Shown here: piece after piece, positions 49,285-57,400 of the stretch | Numbering within the stretch: the first letter of the stretch is position 1 | How the letters are laid out: each line of letters opens with the position of its first letter | Source of the DNA: Clostridia bacterium | Lineage (GTDB): Bacteria > Bacillota > Clostridia > UMGS1883 > UMGS1540 | Assembly: GCA_045648645.1 (NCBI GenBank) | Contig: JAZROH010000122.1 | Coordinates: forward strand, 1 to 59,982 | Direction of reading: 5' to 3' | DNA length: 59,982 nt | Translations under genes and position numbers: made by a program | The notes under the pieces: generated by a model | Told to the model about the DNA's origin: nothing | Databases searched by the model: none | Seen by the model: only the letters and a program-made list of their open reading frames with translations

Positions 49285-50865
49285 ATGATTGTATTTAACA
49301 GCGGCATCTATCGCCGCCTTGAATTGTTTCCGGAAACAGAGCCGGATGGCAGTGCCGGCATTACCCTGCAAAACGGCAATGCGGTACGTTTTGTACAGGC
49401 ACGAAACCACGAACGGGTCATATTTGAACTCGCCCTGCATACTACCTATTCGCTCTCGCTTGAGAACGCTGCGACAGGACTTATCTATCTTTCGGATTGT
49501 GCAGAACTTATGGAAAAGGGGATACGGGTTTTAGAGGAAGGGGACAGAGAGAAAAGTCCCCTTCGCTTTGCACCCTTTAAGGGATGGATGGGTGCGCCTT
49601 GCGGACTTTGTGCCTATGGTGGCTTTTACCATATGTTTTATGAATGGAATCCTTTTTCCGAGGGAGCAGACAATTTGTACTGGGGGCATGCCGTGAGCCG
49701 TGACCTTACCACGTGGAAGCATCTGCCCGTACTGTTTGCGCCGCCCCGCGAGTTGCAGCTAGCCCGCTTTCGAACAGGCGGGGCTTTTTCCGGCAGTGCG
49801 GAAGTGATGGGAGACCGCGTGCGTCTGTTTTTTACGCAAAGTCTTGCAGTGCGCCGAACGGGTGCGATTTTACGGCAATATCAGATGCAGGCGGAAAGCC
49901 GCGATATGTTGCATTTTTCTGAAGAAGTCCCCGTGCTTTTGATGCCGCCTGTGCGGGAGGCTGGACCTATATTTTGTGCACCAAAGGTAACCGAGGCAGA
50001 TGGCGAACGGTACATGGTAGTTGGGAGCACATGGAAGGGTAAGGCAGCAATGCTCTTGTATCGGGAAAACAAAGCGGGCTGGGAATATATAGGACCGTTT
50101 CTCAAAGAAAAAGGTGCGACCGAATGGAATAATCCTGATTTTTTCCCGCTTGGGAAAACGTACGCAGCACTTGGTACATTTGGCGGCAATATAGTACGGT
50201 GGTACACGGGTAGCTTTGGGGATGGGCATTTTCGCGTACGTGCGCGGGGAATTTTAGATTTCGGCGGTGATTTTTCCGCACCCCAGACCTTTACGGGTGG
50301 CGGGCGAAGACTTATGATAGGGCGGATTGGAAGACCGGATGGAAGTGGCTGTGCATCCCTGCCGCGGGAGGTATTTGCACGAAACGGAAGAATTCGAACA
50401 AAGCCTTGCGAGGAAGTGTATGCAAGAAAAGGAGAATGTATATACGAAGGACAGGGGGAAACCCTCGCCTTATCCATCAAAGATAATGCGTTTATGGCAA
50501 CCCTCTGTTTTTCGGGTAAGACGGATTTTTCCCTCTGCATAGGGAAAGAGGATGGTGTGCCGTTATATCTCCATTGCAAAAATGATGCATGCTTTTTTGA
50601 AGAGGGGACAGAAAAAACAGGAAACGCAGACGTAAAAGCTTTGAAGTCGCTTACCCTTTTTGCGGATGATAGCGGCGTGGAAGTCTTTATAAATGACGGG
50701 GAAGCTACAGGAACAAAAGGGATTTGCGGGCTGGATGGTACATTTCGCTTTGAAGCTTTAGAAGCGGATGCGATAGAAAGCATTTCGGTTTTTCGTCTTT
50801 GTTCCGACAGTTCAAAGGAAGCGTGGGACGAAGGACTTCCGGCAGGGGAAACCTTTGAGTTTTAA
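49285..50865 (+). CDS. glycoside hydrolase family 32-like protein with substituted catalytic triad
   Basis: GH32 blocks are recognisable (GWMGAPCGL..YHMFYEWNP, FSGSA, FCAPKV, WNNPDFFPL). ATG 49285 follows AAGGGAGA. Confidence 0.75.
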   Translation: MIVFNSGIYRRLELFPETEPDGSAGITLQNGNAVRFVQARNHERVIFELALHTTYSLSLENAATGLIYLSDCAELMEKGIRVLEEGDREKSPLRFAPFKGWMGAPCGLCAYGGFYHMFYEWNPFSEGADNLYWGHAVSRDLTTWKHLPVLFAPPRELQLARFRTGGAFSGSAEVMGDRVRLFFTQSLAVRRTGAILRQYQMQAESRDMLHFSEEVPVLLMPPVREAGPIFCAPKVTEADGERYMVVGSTWKGKAAMLLYRENKAGWEYIGPFLKEKGATEWNNPDFFPLGKTYAALGTFGGNIVRWYTGSFGDGHFRVRARGILDFGGDFSAPQTFTGGGRRLMIGRIGRPDGSGCASLPREVFARNGRIRTKPCEEVYARKGECIYEGQGETLALSIKDNAFMATLCFSGKTDFSLCIGKEDGVPLYLHCKNDACFFEEGTEKTGNADVKALKSLTLFADDSGVEVFINDGEATGTKGICGLDGTFRFEALEADAIESISVFRLCSDSSKEAWDEGLPAGETFEF

Positions 50866-50879
50866 TTGTATAAAACAAA

Positions 50880-50910
50880 AAGTCGAAGCAAGCTGCGCTT
50901 ACTTCGACTT
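50880..50910 (-). terminator. intrinsic terminator downstream of the tRNA-Leu 3' end
   Basis: Stem AAGTCGAAG/CTTCGACTT, followed on the minus strand by TTTTTGTTTT. Confidence 0.7.
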
Positions 50911-50967
50911 GGTGCTCGAGACCGGAATCGAACCGGTACGGGATTGCTCCCACGGGATTTTAAGTCC
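50910..50967 (-). tRNA. 3' fragment of tRNA-Leu(UAA), running from the anticodon stem to CCA (prophage attachment-site remnant, not a complete gene)
   Basis: The reverse complement reads GGACTTAAAATCCCGTGGGAGCAATCCCGTACCGGTTCGATTCCGGTCTCGAGCACCA. It shows a CUUAAAA anticodon loop, a long variable arm, a T-arm, the acceptor 3' strand and CCA. No matching D-arm or 5' acceptor strand (GCTCGAG) lies upstream. Confidence 0.8.
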
Positions 50968-51314
50968 TATCCCTCGGTGATTATGCTATATTATTTATAA
51001 TTATGGATTACCCTTTAATGTTGTCCGATTTGGCTTAAACCCTACATTTATAGATGTGTTTTGTGCAAAAGTGAGATTTTATCGAAATAGAATTATTTTC
51101 GAATTTGGTGGAATTTTGGTGGAAATTTTAATCGGTGTTTTTGAATGCTAAGATAAGTCTATTATTGATTGTTTACATATGGCAATAGTAGACTTATTTT
51201 AGGGTTTAAGGATGTTCATATGCCGTACTGTTAAAAACCCGCTGCCATACCTAAAATAACAAGCCTTAAAACGATGATTTCATTGGCATAAAAGCAAAAC
51301 GGAAGGAGAAATGC

Positions 51315-51662
51315 ATGGACACAATAAGTAAAAATGAATTGATTGACAGAATATCCGCAAAGCTAAACAAAGAGCGTATTATAGTTGGTGGTAATAAGCA
51401 CACCTACAAGAAAAAATATCATCTAAAATACACCGAAATAATTATTAGAAAAGTGGTAGATGCTTTTTGGAGTGCGATAGCCGATACTATAGCTGACGGA
51501 GATAGAATATCAATTCAAAATTATATGACGATATACCCTAAATATGCTACCAATGCTAACATCAACTCTTATTGCGTAAAAACCAAAGCAAAAGAGAGAT
51601 TGAAGGAAGCCTGTAGAATACTTAACGAGAGGGAAAAGAGAAAGGAAATACAGAATGAGTGA
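51315..51662 (+). CDS. HU/IHF-like DNA-binding protein (phage)
   Basis: The N-terminal SKNELIDRISAKL and VVDAFWSAIADTIADGDRISIQNY resemble the HU fold, with an insertion. Confidence 0.55.
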   Translation: MDTISKNELIDRISAKLNKERIIVGGNKHTYKKKYHLKYTEIIIRKVVDAFWSAIADTIADGDRISIQNYMTIYPKYATNANINSYCVKTKAKERLKEACRILNEREKRKEIQNE

Positions 51663-51915
51663 CACTAAATGGATTGAATTATTTACAAGAGCATTAGCAG
51701 ACATAACAGAGCCGGAGAAAAGGAGTTTTCTCTATACGGTACTTATCGGCGTTATCAACGAATACAAGAACGGCACTTATGACGGTATGGACGGCGTAGA
51801 CATATTGAACTCTTTCGGCATAAAGTGTAAGATCATTTCTGCTTCTGCTACGGAAGAAAACGAGCAAAAGAGTAAAAAGAAAACAACAAAAAGCGGTAAG
51901 ACTACAGCCGTATAA
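51655..51915 (+). CDS. hypothetical phage protein
   Basis: 86-aa ORF overlapping the upstream gene by 8 nt. It has a Lys-rich tail. Confidence 0.4.
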   Translation: MSDTKWIELFTRALADITEPEKRSFLYTVLIGVINEYKNGTYDGMDGVDILNSFGIKCKIISASATEENEQKSKKKTTKSGKTTAV

Positions 51916-52046
51916 GTGTAGGGTTACTCCCATCTGCCCGGAGTAAAAAGAAAGTTTGCAGAACCATAATCAAGCATAGATGACTTTGCTGCTTCGGTGA
52001 GGTCTATTTTTATGTCTGAATTTATGGGTATTATAAAGGAGGAACG

Positions 52047-53372
52047 ATGAATGACAATAAAACATATAAAGAGGGGCAAGATTGGTTAAGTGACATCCTC
52101 ACAAAAGAGGTAACAAAAATTTGTAACAAGTGTGGTATGATACTACCAATAGAGAATTTTAGAATTGTTAAAGGACAATTTCACAACCCCTACTATTTAG
52201 GACATTGCAAAAAGTGTGAATATAAATACCAAAGGAATTATCTAAAAGAAAAGAACAAGATAAGTATTTCAAATAATGTCGAAATACTTATAAAAAGAAA
52301 GTTTAAAACGATAAATCCTTACAGAATATTAGATATAAACAAGACAACTATAATGCCTATTGGTACAGATGAAGTTTTTGTTAAACTAATGGATTATAAG
52401 AATGTGTGGCTTTCTAATTATGGACGTATTATAAGAAGTACGCCAAGTGGTAAATACAAGTTATTACAAGGTAGGCGTGACAAATACGGAGTGCTCTATT
52501 ATACTTTGCCAAAGTTAAAACTTATTGACGGCAAATGGTGTTGTGTAAATACAAGTCTACGTGCAGCAAAAGCGGTTGTTGATGAATTTATAGTTAATCC
52601 TGACAAAGCAAACAATATCTTTATTTGGCACAGTGGTTATAATAAAGAGGTTTGTTATTACCGAAACTTATATCCATTAAACCAAAATCAATATAAGGTC
52701 GTGAAGCAAAGCTTTACTGAAACGGGGGAAGATTCAGAAGATTTTATTATTAAAGTAATGAACGAGCTTAAATATCAACCTGATAATTGGAGCAAACAAT
52801 GTTTAGAGCCTGTATTGTGTGGCATAGGATATCACGGCACTCTATACGAAAATAGTAACGTCGAATCATATCTAAGGTGGTCTGATATGATGAATCGTTG
52901 TTATAATGAAAAATTTCATATAAGACAGCCACAATATAAAGAATGTGTTGTATGTGAAGAATGGCATAATTACAGTAATTTCAAGGTGTGGTATGATGAG
53001 AATAAAGCTCCCGGAATGGCGCTTGATTTAGACAAAGACATCGTATTTAAAGGCAATAAAGAATACAGTCCGGCAACGGTTTCGCTGATTCCTCATTTTA
53101 TTAATGTTTTATTTGTTAGCAATAAGAAAAACAGGGGTGATTTGCCGGTAGGCGTGTATCTCGACAACACGAGTAGCAAATACAGAGCCGAAATGAATGT
53201 TATGGGTAAAACCAAAAAGATAGGTGGTTCTGACACAGCATTCGAAGCATTCAAGAAATATAAGGAATATAAAGAAACATTTATTAAAAACATGGCTGAG
53301 CAATATAAGGCTCAGATACCATATAAAACGTACATAGCAATGTTAAATTGGGAAGTGGAAATAACAGATTAA
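52047..53372 (+). CDS. homing-endonuclease-like protein (Zn-ribbon + NUMOD4-like + degenerate HNH_3 + AP2-like DNA-binding domain)
   Basis: It contains CNKCG..HCKKC, WLSNYGRIIRS (NUMOD4-like) and WHSGYNK..YRNLYPLNQNQY (HNH_3-like). It also has W..MMNRCYN..Y..C.VCEEW and GVYLDNTSSKYRAEMNVMGKTKKIGGSDTAFEAFKKY (AP2-like). Confidence 0.55.
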   Translation: MNDNKTYKEGQDWLSDILTKEVTKICNKCGMILPIENFRIVKGQFHNPYYLGHCKKCEYKYQRNYLKEKNKISISNNVEILIKRKFKTINPYRILDINKTTIMPIGTDEVFVKLMDYKNVWLSNYGRIIRSTPSGKYKLLQGRRDKYGVLYYTLPKLKLIDGKWCCVNTSLRAAKAVVDEFIVNPDKANNIFIWHSGYNKEVCYYRNLYPLNQNQYKVVKQSFTETGEDSEDFIIKVMNELKYQPDNWSKQCLEPVLCGIGYHGTLYENSNVESYLRWSDMMNRCYNEKFHIRQPQYKECVVCEEWHNYSNFKVWYDENKAPGMALDLDKDIVFKGNKEYSPATVSLIPHFINVLFVSNKKNRGDLPVGVYLDNTSSKYRAEMNVMGKTKKIGGSDTAFEAFKKYKEYKETFIKNMAEQYKAQIPYKTYIAMLNWEVEITD

Positions 53373-53392
53373 TTTTGAACAACAACATATAG

Positions 53393-53432
53393 AGGCTATA
53401 TTGGATATTGATTTATCTGATATAGCCTTTTG
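53393..53432 (+). terminator. intrinsic terminator after the HNH/AP2 gene
   Basis: AGGCTATAT-18 nt-ATATAGCCT followed by TTTT. Confidence 0.6.
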
Positions 53433-53449
53433 TAAAGAAAGGAGGCTAA

Positions 53450-53902
53450 ATGAGCATTCAACAACAGCTGCAAAAAATTGTAAATAGAATTGATATTAAA
53501 ATGAATAAAGCTGCTAATGAAATTATGCAAAAGACCAAAGAACAACTTAGAAAGTCGGTTAATGATTTATGGTATTCCACCTACTCTCCCACTGATTACA
53601 TTAGAACTTATGAAACGATAGATGCAGTTAGTGGTAAGACTGTAAAAAACAGTAAAGGTTATTATACAATCGAAGTGTACTTTGACGAGAACTTAATGAG
53701 TTCAAAATCAAGTACATATGGTTGGGGCACACATTCAGGCTTTGATAGTGGAGATTTTAGGAAAGGTCTTATTAGCAGTATTATTCGAGGCATGGGTGGT
53801 TCTAAAACTAACCCCCGATATGGTGAGTCCACCAATGTTATTGAGGTGGTTAAACAAGAAGCAGAAAGATATGCAAATGGCATACTTAAAAAATATTTAT
53901 AA
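53450..53902 (+). CDS. phage morphogenesis protein, HK97 gp10-like (tail-completion type)
   Basis: 150 aa. The YSPTDYIRTYE motif resembles the Y.P..Y.RTG.L motif as I recall it, and the gene sits upstream of the tail genes. This is a weak assignment. Confidence 0.4.
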   Translation: MSIQQQLQKIVNRIDIKMNKAANEIMQKTKEQLRKSVNDLWYSTYSPTDYIRTYETIDAVSGKTVKNSKGYYTIEVYFDENLMSSKSSTYGWGTHSGFDSGDFRKGLISSIIRGMGGSKTNPRYGESTNVIEVVKQEAERYANGILKKYL

Positions 53903-53928
53903 AAGAATTTTAGGAGGAACAAATTATT

Positions 53929-54417
53929 ATGAACAAAAGAATTTATTACAAAGGAACAGACATTACAGAAATTTATAAGCTGGCTCTTATTGGCGCGGAA
54001 TTTGCAACAGAAAAGGATGAAAATGGCATTACTCTGGTAAATTCACTCAACAAAGAATTGTATACTAAAACTGTTTTACTTGCAAGATTTTTAAATGTCA
54101 TTGACCTACCTGAAGATAGAGTAATGAGCATTGAACAGTATAAGAACAATGGTTGCACCATTGAAGATTTTTCGGGTAAGAATGCAAACAAGTTGAGAGC
54201 GAACTATAATTTGTTTACTGCTATGTTTGATGAAGAAATCAAGAACTACATTACAAAGGAAAACGATGTTACTATCCGTATGCATGAGATGATGGCAGTT
54301 GATTTATCACCTGAAAACCTTGAAATTATGCAGAAAAACAGCAAAGAGTTTACATCTCAATTAAAGAAGATTACAAAACTTGTTGAAAAGGCTGATACTG
54401 CAAAATCTAAAGCGTAA
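53929..54417 (+). CDS. putative tail assembly chaperone
   Basis: 162-aa acidic ORF immediately upstream of the tape-measure gene. The assignment is by position only. Confidence 0.4.
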   Translation: MNKRIYYKGTDITEIYKLALIGAEFATEKDENGITLVNSLNKELYTKTVLLARFLNVIDLPEDRVMSIEQYKNNGCTIEDFSGKNANKLRANYNLFTAMFDEEIKNYITKENDVTIRMHEMMAVDLSPENLEIMQKNSKEFTSQLKKITKLVEKADTAKSKA

Positions 54418-54428
54418 GGAGGTAGTCT

Positions 54429-57400
54429 ATGGCTAATAACGATGATAGAATACTCCTAAATTTAGTCTTAAACGAGGCTACAGTCAATGCCGTTGAAGGC
54501 AGAGTGCGTAACCTTGTAAATAGGCTAAATAACCAAAATATCAGTTTGAATATCAATGGGCGAAACCTTGATAATATCGTAAACCGACTGAACGATATAC
54601 AACAACGAATGCAGACGATAAATTCTACGCCTGTAAATATCGATGCTAATCTCACATCTGCACAGCAACAGTATAGGCTTGAAACGGAACGTATGAGAGT
54701 TGTACAGCAATTAGAGTTGTCAAGACAAAGGACGTTGCAGACCGAAAATCAAGCAATATCGGCATTGGCACAGCAAAACAGAACGCTGACAGTTAATGGT
54801 AATGTTACTCACCAAATTGAACAAAACACTCAAAACATAGGTAACAATATGAATGTTGCCGGAGGTCATGCAAGAGATTTTGTTGACTACCTTTCAGACG
54901 GTGTAAGATACTTAGTTACATACAGAAGTCTTTATGCCATTATGAATCAAATTGGCGAAGCATTTTCCGAAATGAAAAATGTTGATACCGCAGCTATTCA
55001 GGTTCGTAAAACAACAGGCATGTCAAAAGATGAAATTGAAGCAATTAAGAAATCATCTTATGGTGTTGCAACAGAATACGGTAGATCTGCAAGTGAATAT
55101 CTTGAATCTGTATCAGAGTTTGCACGTGCCGGATATAAACAGCACAGTACAGAACTTGGTAAACTTTCATTGCTTACACAAAATGTTGGTGATGTTAGTG
55201 AAGAGTCAGCAGACAAGATGTTATTAGCGGTGGATGCAGCTTACCAGTTGGAAGGAAATGTTACGGAACTTACAAATGTTGTAAATGCCTTAAACAACAT
55301 TGCGAACAAAAATCCAACTTCTATGCAAAAAATGGCTGATGGCTTACAAGTTTCGGCATCTATGGCAAAAACTGCAGGTATGGATATTTCTGAATTGACT
55401 GCATTAATCGGTACGGGTACAGCAGTTACTCAAAGAGAAGGTGCTGAAGTTGCGAGAGCAATTCGTACAATAGTCATGAATGTCAAAAGCGTAAAGGGCG
55501 AGCTTGAGGATGGTACAATTATTGATGACGAGTCCATAGCGAAAGCAGAAGCAGCCTTAAAAGGTGTTGGCATTTCAACAAAAGAGGTTGTTAATGGTGT
55601 GCGAGAACTAAGAAATCCTATGGAAGTTCTTGATGAACTTGCAGACAAATGGCATACTTTAGGAACTGAAGCAAAAAGTGTACTTACAGAAAGCATAGCA
55701 AATAAGAGACAGGCTAACGTACTTTCCGGTATCCTCGATAATTGGTCTATGGTAGAGAAAATGCAGAGCGAGTATTTTAATTCTGCTAATAGTGCCATTG
55801 AAGAAAACATCTTATATCTTGAAGGGTGGGAAGCAAAAAGTAAGGTTGTAAGTGCTAAATGGACTGAATATATTTCTAATCTTGCTGATACGAAAGTTAT
55901 TACAGGAACGTTAGATGCATTATATGGCTTACTGACGGCACTTGATACCCCTATTGGAAGAATAGTAACACAGATTGTACTTGTAAACACAGCGTTAGCT
56001 GTTACAGGCAGATTGTGGCAACAAATTCGAGCAAGAAGCATTGTTGCAGAAATATTGTCAATAGGCGTAGCAGACAGACAGCTTGGAACGGCTATTGGAC
56101 TTGTAACAGAGCATTTGGGTAGACAAGCTTTGGCTTGGGCTACATCACCTTTTGGCATGGCTACAATCGCTGTCGCAGGCATTACGCTTATTACTTCCGC
56201 TATCGAAAAGAACAGCCAAAAGTTAGAGGAAAACGCTCAAAAAGCAGGTGAAGCATACGACAAAGTTAAGCAAAATATGAATGAGCTTGACGATTTAATC
56301 AAGCAATATAATGATTTGCAGATTTCTAATGAATGGGATAATACACCTGTTGAAACAAAGAAACAGCTTCATGAGGATATTAACAGACTTCTTGGAGATG
56401 AAGCCGATAAAGTTGATATTCTTAACGGCAAGTACAAGGAAACAACCGAAGAACTGTTCAAGCAGAGAATGTCTAAACTTCCTGAAGAGGAAAAGAAAGC
56501 ATTTGACAATGAACAAGCAAAAGGCAAAAGTTTGTGGGACACTGCATATTGGAATGGCGGTGGCGGTGCAGGTGGATATAATTACGGCACTATGCAAGCA
56601 ACTGATGCCGAAAAGAAGTTTATTGAAAAGTACGAAAAGATATTTGACGAAAAGTATTACTCTGCCGGAATGGGTATGGGTGGTACTGATTATGTGGTAA
56701 GATTTGATAATTTTGATGACTTCATGATGAAGTATGAAGAAGCTAAAAAGATGCTTCAGGAACTTTATGATGAGGGCATGGGTGAATCAGAACTTTATAA
56801 AGGATTAAACTCCTTCATTACAAAGTTTGATACTAAGGTCGGTGAATATAAAACCGCAGTAGAAGAACTGGAAAGCACAAAAGCAGGTCAAAAACTTGCA
56901 GACTACATCAACACAAGTGTTGGTGGATATGTTGACGATTTAGACGAATATAAAATTGTCGTAGATTGGATAAAGAGTAACTTTACAGGTAAAGATGCAG
57001 ACAACGCATTAGGCTTACTTAATTCATATTTCTCCGAGTATGCAGAAAAGGTCTCTAAGACCAACGAAATGTTGGGTCAAGAGGGACTTTCAATTCAATT
57101 ATCTGAACTGGAGAAAACTTCGGATAATATTAAAACCTTGTCTTCTGCCTTTAAAGAACTTTCAGAAGATGGATACATAACAACTAAAACACTCGGAGAG
57201 ATTAAGACCGCAACTGGTTTAGTTGATGATGAGTGGGAAGAATATCAGACCAAACTCCTAAATGCAAAAGTTGGGACATCTGAGTTTAATCAAGTAATGT
57301 CGGATTTAACATACAAAATACTTGATAACACTTTTAAAAAAGATGGACTCGTTGATGCGACAGAAGATGAGATAGCTGCCGTTCTTCGTGAGTGTAATGT

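Noticed and set aside
50910-51000. Complete tRNA-Leu gene.
   Set aside because: Only the 3' part folds. The sequence upstream of the anticodon stem (..CATAATCACCGAGGGATA) cannot form a D-arm and cannot pair with the acceptor 3' strand CTCGAGC.
54300-54429. Programmed -1 frameshift (gpG/gpGT-type) at the end of the chaperone-like gene.
   Set aside because: There is no XXXYYYZ slippery heptamer (GAAAAAC has only five A). No extended alternative-frame ORF exists before the tape-measure start.
55430-56182. 250-aa minus-strand ORF and other ORFs (54979-55227, 56311-56700, 59645-59980) inside the tape-measure region.
   Set aside because: They are shadow or alternative-frame ORFs within a long, clearly homologous plus-strand gene. 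They have low-complexity Ser/Ala/Cys-rich translations and no RBS.
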